The position numbers and the translations under genes are program-made. Shown in pieces: positions 50,032 to 60,110 of a stretch of 64,000 nt of DNA; the stretch's first letter is position 1, and every line of letters begins with the position of its first letter. Source of the stretch: Deltaproteobacteria bacterium (GTDB lineage: Bacteria > Myxococcota > JACRCW01); the NCBI GenBank assembly GCA_016218805.1, contig JACRCW010000169.1, positions 1 to 64,000 of the forward strand. Reading direction: 5' to 3'. The notes beneath the pieces are model-generated. The model did not search any database and was not told the DNA's origin. It worked only from the letters and a program-made list of their open reading frames with translations.

Positions 50032-51456
50032 GTGATGCCTCCGTTCCTCCCCGTCCTGGCCCTTGCCGTGGGTGCGTCCGCACCGGCGCTGGATTGTACG
50101 CTCTACCCCTCACCGTTGCCGGAGTTGCGTGTCCGCGGAGAATGCCGCGCGGTCGGGTGGCCTGCGGAGCCGGCCTGGGAGCTGGGCATGCGGGCCGGGG
50201 ATGCGTTTGTCGGGGATGCGTTTGTGACGGACCGCTTGGCGCAGCCGCGGGGCGCCCAATGGGTGGTGTCCTGGAGGGTGGACGCCGGTGCCATGGCGGA
50301 CGCGCACCGCGACGTGGACGTGGCCCTGCGGGCGGGGGACGCCGTCATTGTCAATGACTGCAACCTGCTGCTGCGACCGGCGGAGGTGCCGCCGGACACG
50401 CGCATCACCGTGCGCGTAGCCGGAGAGGTGCTGCTGTCCGCTCCGTGGCTGCCCGGCGGCGCGCCGCGCACGTACACCCTGAGCGCGGCGGCGTTGGAGG
50501 GTGGCAGCTACCTGGTGTTCGGGCCGCAGCGCGCGCTGGACGTGAAGGTGCCCGGGGCGCCGGTGTCCGCGGTGGCCGTGGGAAGACCCGGCCGCGCCGG
50601 TGATGCCGCGCTGACGACGTGGGTGTCCCGCAGCGCGGGCATGTCCGCCCGGTTTGGCGGCGGCAGCCTGCCGGTGGCCCGCACGCTGGTCGTCGTGGTT
50701 CCGTGGGCGGAACAGTCGGACCCCGGCGTGTTCGGGAGCACGCTGCGGTGGGGACTGGGGAGCGCGGTGCTGTTCTATGGCGCGGAGGCGCCGGCGGAGT
50801 CGTTTGCGGCGGACTGGGTGGCACCGCACGAACTGTTCCACCTGCACAACCCGGATGTGGTGCACCGCGTGCCGTGGTTCACCGAGGGTTTCACCACTTA
50901 CTATCAGGACGTGCTGCGTGCGCGCGGTGGCGTGCGGCCGCCGCCGGTGGCGTGGAAGGGGCTGCTGGACGGGTTCCGTCACGGATGCGCCACGGACCAG
51001 CGCACCCCGCTGCGCGCGGCCAGCGCGGACATGCGGCGGAACCATGACTACCGGCGGGTGTACTGGGGCGGCGCGTGCACGGCGTTCATCCTGGACGTGG
51101 CGCTGCGCGAGCACACGGACAACCGCGAAAGCCTGGACACGGTGTACCGCGCGCTGGCGGCGGAGAGCCGCGGCCCGGGCGGCGCGCTTGACGAAGCAGG
51201 CGTGGTGGAGCGCCTGCGCAACGCGCTCCCGGCGGACCACTGGGGGCGCGCCTGGCTGCACGCGTCGCTGGACGGGCGCGCGGCGCTGCCGGTGGGGGAG
51301 CTGGCCTCCCGGCTGGGGGTCTCCGTCAGCGGGGAGCAGGCGCGTTTTGACGACGGGGCACCCTGGTCCCACGTGCGCCGCGCCATCCTGGAGGAGCCGG
51401 TGCCCTCCCCCGCACCCGCGCGCCGGCCGGCCACACCGCCGCCTCCGCCGCGTTGA
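50032..51456 (+). CDS. Secreted M61/M1-like zinc metallopeptidase
   Basis: Signal peptide; HELFH and WFTEGFTTYY gluzincin motifs; YWGG. Confidence 0.8.
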   Translation: MMPPFLPVLALAVGASAPALDCTLYPSPLPELRVRGECRAVGWPAEPAWELGMRAGDAFVGDAFVTDRLAQPRGAQWVVSWRVDAGAMADAHRDVDVALRAGDAVIVNDCNLLLRPAEVPPDTRITVRVAGEVLLSAPWLPGGAPRTYTLSAAALEGGSYLVFGPQRALDVKVPGAPVSAVAVGRPGRAGDAALTTWVSRSAGMSARFGGGSLPVARTLVVVVPWAEQSDPGVFGSTLRWGLGSAVLFYGAEAPAESFAADWVAPHELFHLHNPDVVHRVPWFTEGFTTYYQDVLRARGGVRPPPVAWKGLLDGFRHGCATDQRTPLRAASADMRRNHDYRRVYWGGACTAFILDVALREHTDNRESLDTVYRALAAESRGPGGALDEAGVVERLRNALPADHWGRAWLHASLDGRAALPVGELASRLGVSVSGEQARFDDGAPWSHVRRAILEEPVPSPAPARRPATPPPPPR

Positions 51457-51485
51457 ACCGCGTGGCAATCCGCCGGTCAGCGCGG

Positions 51486-52781
51486 TCAGCGCACGGTACG
51501 GACTTCCACGTGCAGCGGACGGTCCCACGCGGCGGCTACCGCCAGGAGTTCGTCTGCGGGCCGCGGGCCGTCCAGGACGTGGGCCAGAATCTGGACGGAG
51601 AATGACCCGCGCAGCAGGTGTTGCGCGCCCGTCACCCCAAACCCCACGCCCGCGCCCTCCGCGGTGTCGACGTACTCCAACGCCGCGGTCAGCTCCGGGG
51701 GCAGTCCGCGGTGGGCCAGCACCACGGCGGCGTCCGGCCCCTGCAGCGCCACCCAAACCGCACCCACGCGTTGCGCGGAGGCCTCCACCTCGTCAGTCCG
51801 GCCGTCAATGCTGAGCCAGCGCGGATCCGAACTGGCCCGCGCGCGCCACCCGCGCACCGGCCGCAGCCCGGCCAGCGCCGTGAACGTGGCATCCTGCGCC
51901 ACGCCCGCCGGCGGAAACGGGACGTCCAGCCGGAATGACAGAACCACGGAGTCACGCGTGTGGATGCTCACGTTGGGGATGTCCGGGGAGTGCAGGCTGC
52001 CCACCAGACGCACGGAGGTGAGCACCTCCCGCAGCACGCGGACCGGCCCAGCGGTGTAGCGGCCCAGGTGCGAGCGCAGGTCGGACTCGTCCCGGGAGAT
52101 GGGCAGGACCCCCAGCAGCCGCGCGTGGATGCGCATGTGCAGCTGGTCCAGCAGGTTGTCCCCGTTGCCCACGGTCAGCAGGGACGGGACCACCGCGTTG
52201 CCGGGCACAAACCCAATGCGGAAGACCGGCGTGGCAACCAGATCTCCCAGGCCGGGTTGCGGTTGGAAGCGCACGTGCCGCACCGCGCTGCGCGGTGGCG
52301 AGGCGCCCGTGGAGACCAGGTAAGCCCACGCGGTCTCACCGGTGCGGGGGTCCGTCACGGTCAGCTCTTCAGCGGCGGCGTACGCCGCCAGCGCCGCCGC
52401 GCCCACGCGCGCCCCCAGGTCCGCCGGCATGAACGCCAGCTCGTCGTCCGCATCCAACAGCCCGGGGGACTCGTCGCCCTGCGCCCGGCGCCCGTCTGCG
52501 GCCCCGGCAGACGGAGACGCGGATTCCAGGCACCACCCGCCGGCGCGCGTGCGTTCGTCCACCTGGAAGGGGATGGGCGCCAACGCACCGTCCCGTGCGG
52601 CCAGCAGCGCCAACGCCGCCACGGGCCGGTTGCGGTGAACGGTGACCGCGGCACCGCGCAGGACCACGGGCTCCCACGCGCCGGCAAAGGGGCCGGTACC
52701 AGGCGCGGCGGCGCGCGCGCCCACCATGACGCCCAGCGCCAGCAACAGCACCGTCCCCGGCAGCAGCGCGCGCGGCCTCAC
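51486..52781 (-). CDS. Hypothetical secreted protein
   Basis: N-terminal signal peptide (ARA-A); IPFQVDE and LDADDELAF motifs; GTGA overlap with the upstream gene. Confidence 0.7.
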   Translation of the reverse strand: MRPRALLPGTVLLLALGVMVGARAAAPGTGPFAGAWEPVVLRGAAVTVHRNRPVAALALLAARDGALAPIPFQVDERTRAGGWCLESASPSAGAADGRRAQGDESPGLLDADDELAFMPADLGARVGAAALAAYAAAEELTVTDPRTGETAWAYLVSTGASPPRSAVRHVRFQPQPGLGDLVATPVFRIGFVPGNAVVPSLLTVGNGDNLLDQLHMRIHARLLGVLPISRDESDLRSHLGRYTAGPVRVLREVLTSVRLVGSLHSPDIPNVSIHTRDSVVLSFRLDVPFPPAGVAQDATFTALAGLRPVRGWRARASSDPRWLSIDGRTDEVEASAQRVGAVWVALQGPDAAVVLAHRGLPPELTAALEYVDTAEGAGVGFGVTGAQHLLRGSFSVQILAHVLDGPRPADELLAVAAAWDRPLHVEVRTVR

Positions 52782-54610
52782 ACCGGCAGCTCGCGGTTGC
52801 GGCGCGCACGGCTGAGCAGCGCGCTGATGAACTGCCGCAGTTCGCGGTTGGGCTCGCCCTTGCGGTTGTTCTCCAGCGCCCCAAGCATCTTCTCGCTCAG
52901 GTGCTGCTGCAAGACGTCACGGGCCTGCGTGGCCAGGCCGGCCGCGTTGCTGCGCACCACGTCCAGCAGGAACTCCGCGGCCTCGTTGGTGCCGGCCGTG
53001 GCCACGTTGCGCAGCGCCAGCTCCTTCACCCGCACATCGTCATGGTGCCCAAACAGCCGCACCATGGAGTCCAGCGCCTGCGGGAAGATGAAGCCGCGCA
53101 GCGCCGCCAGCCCCGCCTGGTACACCTCGCCGTGCCGTTCCGCGCTGAGCGCCAGGTCCACCACCGCCATGGCCTCCTTCAGCTTCATCCGCCCCGCGGC
53201 CATCACGCACGCCACCTTCTGCGGGGTCTCGCCCCGGCGGAACGCTTCCACCAGCGGCGGGACCAGACCCGGGTGCCGCGAGTCCGACAGCAGCGCCATC
53301 ACCGAGGCGGGGAGCGCCTGCGCGGCCCCGCCGGCAAGCAGGTGATCCTCATAGGAGAGCACCAGGTTGAGCGCGCGCCGCCGCTCCACGTCCCACACGT
53401 TGGGATCCGCCAGCAGGCGCGCCGCGGCCATCCCCAGGTCCACGCCCGCTTCCCGGTCCAGCAGCTCCCGCACCGCAAAGTCCACCGGCACAAACCGCCG
53501 CCGGAAGTAGTCCGGGAGCACCGGCACTCCCTCATCACCCTCCGCCGCCAGGGCAATGCGCCCAAGATCCTCCGCCAGCCGCGCGTAGCGTTCCTTGCGG
53601 GACTCCGGCAGGTCCAGGTTGGCCAGTTGCCCGTAGCAGCGCACCACCTCGCGCGTGTTGAGCGTGCGGTTGAACGCGTCCACCGCCGCCAGCAGCGCGT
53701 TCTCCACCATCGCCACCGGGCGGCTGGCCTTGCCCGCCTCCTCGGCCACGCGCCGCCAGGAATGCCCCGCGGCAACGAGAAAGTAGTCCGCGTACAGGAA
53801 CCCCATGCGGCGCGCGTATTCGCCCGCCTCGCGGTACAGGTCGCTGGCCGCGTGCAGTTCGCCGTCCTCTTCAGCCTGCCGGATGAGCTCCTGCAGCGCC
53901 TGCACCGCGCCAAACCGGTCCCCCTTCTGGCGCAGCAGGCGCGCCGCGTTGAGGTAGCCCTCCGCCACGTCCTCAAACGCCTTGGCCGCCAGTCCCACGT
54001 CCTTCATCACAATGTAACAGCGGAAGGCGCCGTCGCGGTCGCCCTCGCCCTCGCGGCGGTCCGCCTCCTGCCCCAACGCGTTCATCGCCTCAAAGAACAG
54101 CGCCTGCGCGCCCGCGGCGTCCCCGGTGGCCTGCGCCGCGCGCCCCGCGTTGAACCGCGCCAGCGCGGCCACGTGGAGATTCCCCTGCACCTCGGCCGGG
54201 CGCACCAGCTGCGTCCATAGTGACCGCGCCTCCGCAAAGTTCCCGCCCTGCGCCGCCGCGTGCGCGGCGTGCGCCGTCATGTGCGCCCGCTGGAACTCCC
54301 GCGTGGCGCGCGCGTGGTCCTCCGCCAGCCCCGCCACGCGCGCCATGTCCCGCGCGCTACCCGTCAGCGCGTACAACCGCCCCGCCTCGTCAAGATCGCG
54401 CAGGTACTCGCGGATGGCGGCCGCCGCGGCCGTCCGCTTGAGCGCGGGTAGGACGTACAAATCCGCCAGCGCTTCGCAGCAGCGGCGGTAGTCTTCCTCC
54501 TCCACGTTGGTGGCGGACAGCAGGTCCCGCCACAGCGCCACCGCTTCGCCGCTCTTCCCGGCGGCCCGCGCCCGCGCAACCTTCTCATTGAAGTCAGTGG
54601 CCATGCCCAC
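52778..54610 (-). CDS. TPR/HEAT-repeat protein
   Basis: Repeated helical AxxxA patterns; C-terminal HEAT-like repeats. Confidence 0.75.
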   Translation of the reverse strand: MGMATDFNEKVARARAAGKSGEAVALWRDLLSATNVEEEDYRRCCEALADLYVLPALKRTAAAAAIREYLRDLDEAGRLYALTGSARDMARVAGLAEDHARATREFQRAHMTAHAAHAAAQGGNFAEARSLWTQLVRPAEVQGNLHVAALARFNAGRAAQATGDAAGAQALFFEAMNALGQEADRREGEGDRDGAFRCYIVMKDVGLAAKAFEDVAEGYLNAARLLRQKGDRFGAVQALQELIRQAEEDGELHAASDLYREAGEYARRMGFLYADYFLVAAGHSWRRVAEEAGKASRPVAMVENALLAAVDAFNRTLNTREVVRCYGQLANLDLPESRKERYARLAEDLGRIALAAEGDEGVPVLPDYFRRRFVPVDFAVRELLDREAGVDLGMAAARLLADPNVWDVERRRALNLVLSYEDHLLAGGAAQALPASVMALLSDSRHPGLVPPLVEAFRRGETPQKVACVMAAGRMKLKEAMAVVDLALSAERHGEVYQAGLAALRGFIFPQALDSMVRLFGHHDDVRVKELALRNVATAGTNEAAEFLLDVVRSNAAGLATQARDVLQQHLSEKMLGALENNRKGEPNRELRQFISALLSRARRNRELPV

Positions 54611-55031
54611 CGGGTCAGTTACCGGCAGGCGCTGACCCGCTCAAGCAGCGGCCCCTGTAACCGGTTCACCCGGTCGCCCAATCATCACGCTGGAGCGACT
54701 CGAACCATTGAAGCCAGCGCGAAACCCCGCAGCGACAGCGACTTCAGTTCAACGGCCATCTGCAGCCTCCTGATTCCATCGGCGTGGGCGCAGCTCGGTG
54801 ACTTGTCGCCAGAGGTACCGCGGGCCGCCAGCGTGGACGCCTCGGTCAACCTGCAGTCCTGAGCGAGTCACCGAGGACGAGGCCCTTCCGTGGCGCCAGC
54901 AAGGTTGGCTCCATCGTTCCGACGGCTTCGACCCGGCGCAGGACTCACGCGAAGAGGATCGCCACCCAATCCGCTCTTTCGTCACCCGGGTTACCCACGT
55001 GCCCTGCGCCGGGATGGCGGATTCAACGGCC

Positions 55032-56453
55032 TCAGCGCGCGTCCGCCACCCACGGCGGGGTTTCCTTGAACCACTCCGCAGCCAGGCGCGGGTTGAACGT
55101 CCCAAACCGCAGGGCCGGGTGGCGCCGGTGCAACTCCTCGACAAATGTGCGCAGGCCCATGGGCCGCTCCCGCTGCTTCGGGAGGATCTTCTCGTAATAC
55201 GCGGGGTCCACGCACAGGTTCCGCAGCTGGATCATTTCCAACAGCCCGTCGGAGACCAGGCGGCTCACGCGCTCCAGTTCAGAGCGGGTGTCCGTCCAGC
55301 CGGGCCACAGCAGCAGGTTGATGCACTTGTACAGGCCGGCGTCGCGCGCCACGCGCAGCGTCTCGTACAGGTCGGCCAGCTTGTAGTCGCGTGGGCGGTA
55401 GTAGGCCTCAAACACCGGCTCGTCGAACGAATTGACGCTGACGCGGATGCTGTTGATGCCGGCGGCTGCCGCGCGGCCCACCACTTCGGGGCGGCTGCCG
55501 TTGGTGTTGAGGTGGATGATGCCGCGCGTCTGCGTGCGCCGGGCAAATGCCACGGAATCCACCAGCGCGTCTGACGACAGCGTGGGCTCGCCCTCGCACC
55601 CCTGGCCAAAGCTGCACATGCCCTCCGGTGCATGCTTGAGGTGGAACGCAATGACGCGCCCAATCTCCTCCCCCTGCGGACTGAACTTGAGGCGCTTCTG
55701 CGGCGTGGGCGCGTCCCATTCCGCATCCTTGGACAGGCAGCCCAGGCACGCGGCGTTGCAGGCCGGTGCCATGGGGATGGCGCCCTCCCAGCGGCCATAG
55801 AAGATGTTCTGCGCGCAGCAGCACTTGTAGTCCACTGCGCATTCCCTGAGCTGCAACAGCACGGGGTTGTCCGGGTCCTCGCGCAGGCGCGCGTCCACCC
55901 TCGTCGGGAGTTCGTCCTTGTAGAACAGGGACGGGTGCCAGCGGCTCAGTTCGTCACCCTGGAACATGGCCGCCATCACCGAACCGCGCGCCCAGCCCAC
56001 CGCGGTGTACGCCCACAGCGGCAGCCCGCTGCGGCCCGGCATGCCGCCTTCATCCACAATGCGCAGCGGCGCGGTCTCCGGCGCCGTGAACGGCAGGTAG
56101 TCCGCGGCGGGCAGGTACTGCCGCACGTGACCGGGGGGCGGGTGGATGGCCGCCGCACGCGGGCGCACGCCGCGCAGCCCGGGAACGGAGTCCACCACCT
56201 CAAACGAGCCGGTCACCGGATCAAACCCAACGGGGAACGTGTCCGGCAGTTGCATGATCTCCCACTTGGGCGGGAGCGCCGTCATCTCCTCCACGGCGGG
56301 CACCACAAAGTCCTGGCCGTTGTGCGCGGCCATGCGCAGGTGCGGGTGCTCCAGGAGCTGCCCGTCGTCGGTGCTGAACAGCATGCGGGGGAGTTGGGAC
56401 CCACGGCCCGGGCGCGGGCCTTTTTGACGACGGTTGTTCCGGTTGTTGGCCAC
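55032..56453 (-). CDS. Radical SAM protein
   Basis: CNAACLGC (CxxxCxxC), SFGQGCEGEP, LNTNGS, IRVSVNS. Confidence 0.9.
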   Translation of the reverse strand: MANNRNNRRQKGPRPGRGSQLPRMLFSTDDGQLLEHPHLRMAAHNGQDFVVPAVEEMTALPPKWEIMQLPDTFPVGFDPVTGSFEVVDSVPGLRGVRPRAAAIHPPPGHVRQYLPAADYLPFTAPETAPLRIVDEGGMPGRSGLPLWAYTAVGWARGSVMAAMFQGDELSRWHPSLFYKDELPTRVDARLREDPDNPVLLQLRECAVDYKCCCAQNIFYGRWEGAIPMAPACNAACLGCLSKDAEWDAPTPQKRLKFSPQGEEIGRVIAFHLKHAPEGMCSFGQGCEGEPTLSSDALVDSVAFARRTQTRGIIHLNTNGSRPEVVGRAAAAGINSIRVSVNSFDEPVFEAYYRPRDYKLADLYETLRVARDAGLYKCINLLLWPGWTDTRSELERVSRLVSDGLLEMIQLRNLCVDPAYYEKILPKQRERPMGLRTFVEELHRRHPALRFGTFNPRLAAEWFKETPPWVADAR

Positions 56454-56622
56454 GCGCTTGTCCTGGCGGGCAGAGTGGCGCCCGTTCGGCTGACCTACAA
56501 GCCGCTGCTGCTGGCGTCCAGCCTGTCGGTGCCCGCCGCCACAGTCGTGCTGCCGGATGGGCCACAGTGTTCATCCATCGTCCCACCCGTGCGGGCCGCC
56601 ACCCATGCCATAGTACGGCGCC

Positions 56623-57552
56623 GTGATCGGCCAGCTTGCCATGGGATGTTTGTTGGTCTGCGCCACGCCGCCACAGGTTGAGCTCCGCTATGCGCGCGGC
56701 CCCGGTGCCGAGAACTGTCCCGACGAGGCCCATCTCCGCGCGACGGTCGAGGAACACCTGGGTTACGCTCCATGGCAAGCCGGAGCCACCCGCGTGGTCC
56801 GCGCGCAGGTTTCCCTGCAGGAGCAGCAGCTTCACGCCGCTGTGACGCTGGAAACCGGCACCGGCGAGGTGCAGGGCTCCCGGACCCTCGCCAGTGGCAA
56901 CCGCGATTGTGATGAGCTCACCGCATCCATGGCGCTGGCCATCAGCCTGGCCATTGACCCGCTGGTGCTCATGCGCCCCAGCCGCAAGCCCAGACCCCGT
57001 GCGCCATTCAGCCCGTCACCGTCAGGCGGGATGACCAGGCATCCGCGCCGGACATTCCTGCCGGGATATTCCGCCTATTCACTGGTCGGGGCGGGTTGGG
57101 GAGGCACCCCGTCGCCAACGGGCACGCTGTCGGTGGGCGCAGCGGCGCATTGGCGGGGGCTCTCAGTTGCCGGCGAGACGACCCCCGAGGCCCCCTCCAC
57201 CCTGCTGCTGTCCGGCGGATCGATCCTGGTGACGCGGCTGTACGGCTCGTTGCTGGCGTGTGGGCATGCGTTCTTCCTGCTGGCGTGCGGCAAAGCAAGC
57301 GCGGGCGTGATGATGCTCAGGGCGTCATCTGGGCTGGCGTTGGGCACGGGTGCGGTGCCGGTGTGGACGGTGGGGGGGCGGTTTGGCATCCGCTGGCGAG
57401 CGTTGCGGCGGCTGGCCCTGGTGGCTGTGGTGGACCCAGAGTTGGTGCTGTTCCGGGTGCGGCTCCAGGATCCAATGAGCGGGGCGCCGCTGTGGAGAGC
57501 CCCGCCTGTGTCCCTGTCCGCCCGCTTGGGCGCCGAGTTGGTGTTCCCGTGA
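56623..57552 (+). CDS. Hypothetical exported protein of an ECF sigma cluster
   Basis: Signal-like N-terminus, beta-strand-rich C-terminus; GTGA overlap with the sigma factor gene. Confidence 0.65.
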   Translation: MIGQLAMGCLLVCATPPQVELRYARGPGAENCPDEAHLRATVEEHLGYAPWQAGATRVVRAQVSLQEQQLHAAVTLETGTGEVQGSRTLASGNRDCDELTASMALAISLAIDPLVLMRPSRKPRPRAPFSPSPSGGMTRHPRRTFLPGYSAYSLVGAGWGGTPSPTGTLSVGAAAHWRGLSVAGETTPEAPSTLLLSGGSILVTRLYGSLLACGHAFFLLACGKASAGVMMLRASSGLALGTGAVPVWTVGGRFGIRWRALRRLALVAVVDPELVLFRVRLQDPMSGAPLWRAPPVSLSARLGAELVFP

Positions 57553-58133
57553 CGGATCTGGCCCCAGCCACCCATGTTCCTGGGAAGGATGGTCAGCAGC
57601 GCGTCCAGACCGCGGGAATAGGCTTGGATTTCCAGCGCCTCTACCAGGCGAAGTTCGCCTACGTGTGCAAACTCCTCCGCAAGTGGGGCGTGCCCGCGCG
57701 TGACCTGGAGGACGTGGTGCATGACGTCTTTGTGGTGGTGCACAGGAAGCGTTCTGATTGGGATCCATCCACGCCTATTGAGCCGTGGATTGCCGCCATT
57801 TCCTTCCGGACCGCTTCTGACTGGCGCCGCCGCGCGTTCCAGCGCCAGGACCTGCGCGCGGATCTGGGTGACCCGGCGGACGGCGCTCCCTCAGCGTTGG
57901 ACCGCGCCGAGCGCTCCCAGGCGCGCAGCCACGTGGAGATGGCGCTGGGTGAACTGGACGAGGCCCAACGCGTGGTGTTTGTCCTGCACGAACTGGAAGG
58001 GCACGCCATGCCCGAGGTGGCACGCGCGCTGGGGATTGGCGTGAATACGGCGTATTCGCGGCTGCGGTTGGGGCGGCAGCGGTTTGTGCTGGCCATCCGG
58101 AAACTGCGGGGAGGAGCGGAGGCGCGCCCATGA
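57549..58133 (+). CDS. ECF RNA polymerase sigma factor
   Basis: LEDVVHDVFV (region 2) and QRVVFVLHELEG..MPEVARALG..VNTAYSRLRLGR (region 4). Confidence 0.92.
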   Translation: MTDLAPATHVPGKDGQQRVQTAGIGLDFQRLYQAKFAYVCKLLRKWGVPARDLEDVVHDVFVVVHRKRSDWDPSTPIEPWIAAISFRTASDWRRRAFQRQDLRADLGDPADGAPSALDRAERSQARSHVEMALGELDEAQRVVFVLHELEGHAMPEVARALGIGVNTAYSRLRLGRQRFVLAIRKLRGGAEARP

Positions 58134-58897
58134 GCGAGTTAGACGAGGACCTCCCGTCCGACATCACCGCGTTGCTGCGCGAGGAGCGCGCCCGCCAGGA
58201 GGAGGCGGTGCGCGACTTTGTCCCAGACGCCGGCATGCAGGCGCGCACCTGGAGCCGGGTGGAGGCAACCGTCGGAGGCGCGGCTGCCGGTACGGGCGCG
58301 GCGATGACGCTGGCGGGGAAGGCGGGGATCGCTGGGATTGTCGTCGTGGGCAGCCTGGCGCTGCTGAGCAATCTCTCCGGGCAGCCACCGCCAGAAGGCG
58401 CGCCCCCGTTGGCCAGCACGCCGGCCCTCGCCCCGCCGGAGCCGCCCGCGCCACCGCCTGCCGTGGCGCCCGGACCACTCGAGTTGCCGCGCCCCGTTGC
58501 CCGTCCGCCTACCCGTCGCCACCGCACCCCCTCCAGGGAAGCCGCGCCCACCACACCGCCCGCGGAGGCACTGCCAGCGGCCCAACGCGCTCCATCCGTT
58601 GGCGAGGCGATTCCCGCGACCGACACCAACCGGAAGGACTCGCCTGAGGAGCGGTTGTTGCTGGAGGCGGCGCGCCGGAAGCTGGCTGACGGGTCACCCC
58701 AAGAAGCGCTGGCAATGTTGAAACAGCACCAGCAGCAGTTCGCCAAGGGCAGACTTGGGGAGGAGCGTGACGCCATGCGCATCGTGGCGCTGGTCTCGCT
58801 CGGAAAGATCGACGACGCCAAGCAGGGTCTGCTCTTCTTCAAGAAGGAGCACCCACACAGCATGCTCACCCACGAACTGGAGGCCGCGCTGCCCTGA
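58130..58897 (+). CDS. Putative anti-sigma factor (single TM, Pro-rich linker, TPR-like C-terminus)
   Basis: ATGA overlap with the ECF gene; TM helix; EERLLLEAARR...GRLGEER..RIVAL motif. Confidence 0.7.
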   Translation: MSELDEDLPSDITALLREERARQEEAVRDFVPDAGMQARTWSRVEATVGGAAAGTGAAMTLAGKAGIAGIVVVGSLALLSNLSGQPPPEGAPPLASTPALAPPEPPAPPPAVAPGPLELPRPVARPPTRRHRTPSREAAPTTPPAEALPAAQRAPSVGEAIPATDTNRKDSPEERLLLEAARRKLADGSPQEALAMLKQHQQQFAKGRLGEERDAMRIVALVSLGKIDDAKQGLLFFKKEHPHSMLTHELEAALP

Positions 58898-58977
58898 TCC
58901 CACCATCACGCAGAATCCGGTGACGGATTCCGGGCGCCGTGCCCATTTCCCAGGCAACCACCTTGGAGTTCGCGCCC

Positions 58978-59997
58978 ATGAAACCCGTGCTGTCCGGATG
59001 TGCTGCCCTCGCTGTGCTCGGCCTTGCGTGCACCGCCAACGTTGATGTGATCCATCCCGCGGGCGCCGCGCCCGACGGAGGAACGGGCGGGAGTTCGTCC
59101 TCCAACACGTCGGGACTCGCGCCCGGGTCGTCCAGCCAACTGGCCACTTCCAATGCACCCGCGTCGTCGTCGGCGTGGGCGTCGTCAGCGGCCACCAGCG
59201 CTGCTTCCACCAGCAACGGACTTACCGGGATCGACGTCGCGCCCGCGGCGTGCGACTTCGGGCACGTTGTCGTTGGCACCACCGCGACGTGCACCGTCAC
59301 GATCACCAACCACAACGCGGACATGCCGCGCATGATCACCGGCATGGCGTTCACGTCCGAGTCCAGCAGCGACTTCTCCGCGCCGCCGTTCCTGCCCCCG
59401 CTGGCCATTCCCGCGGGACAAAGCCACACGGTGTCACTGACCTTCAGCCCCAGCGCGGTGACGCTCCGCACCGGCGCATTTGAGATCTCGGACGGCACGG
59501 CCCTCACGCCACACGTGGTGCCGGTGACGGGGTGGGGGACCAGCGCTGATGACCTGGTCATCGTGCTGACCTGGAACGTGGAGGCGGCGGACCTGGACCT
59601 CCACCTGGTCCGGCGGGGCGGGCCCGCCGGTCTCCCCTTCACCAACGACGACTGCTATTTCCAGACGTGCCGGAACGGCGCGGGCGCGGTGAACTGGGGC
59701 GCCGTGAACCCCACGCTGGACATTGATGACATCACGGGGCCGGGCCCGGAGAACCTGAGTTGGCGTCCACCACTCGCCGGGGAATACGAGGTGGGCGTGC
59801 ATTTCTTCGCGGGAGTCACCCAACCGGTGACGGCACGCGTGAGGGTCTACCAGGGGGATCTTCCCATCGCGGACGCGGAACGGACCCTCCAGGCATGCAA
59901 CGAATTCTGGCATGTGGCCCTGCTGGACATCAGCAGCACCTTCGCGGTGACCGACCTGAATACCACCGCGGCGGACACACACGGCTCGTGCAATTGA
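58978..59997 (+). CDS. Lipoprotein with Ig-like (ASH/choice-of-anchor D-like) and YfaP/DUF2135-like domains
   Basis: LGLAC lipobox, Ser-rich linker, DFGHV..G..ATCTVTITN, LTWN..ADLDLHL, LDIDD..GPGPEN. Confidence 0.75.
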   Translation: MKPVLSGCAALAVLGLACTANVDVIHPAGAAPDGGTGGSSSSNTSGLAPGSSSQLATSNAPASSSAWASSAATSAASTSNGLTGIDVAPAACDFGHVVVGTTATCTVTITNHNADMPRMITGMAFTSESSSDFSAPPFLPPLAIPAGQSHTVSLTFSPSAVTLRTGAFEISDGTALTPHVVPVTGWGTSADDLVIVLTWNVEAADLDLHLVRRGGPAGLPFTNDDCYFQTCRNGAGAVNWGAVNPTLDIDDITGPGPENLSWRPPLAGEYEVGVHFFAGVTQPVTARVRVYQGDLPIADAERTLQACNEFWHVALLDISSTFAVTDLNTTAADTHGSCN

Positions 59998-60110
59998 TGG
60001 CCATTCACCGCCATTCCGGGCCATTGCTGTGAGCGCGCAAGGTTGCAGCGGTCGAACTGGCTTCTGGCGCACCGCGTGAGCACCGTCCGGGTAAGCGACG
60101 TGCGGGGTTT

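Noticed and set aside
54620..55030. Assignment as 6S RNA, tmRNA, RNase P RNA, group II intron or retron ncRNA
   Set aside because: No diagnostic motifs recognised and no reverse transcriptase nearby; kept only as an unassigned structured region.
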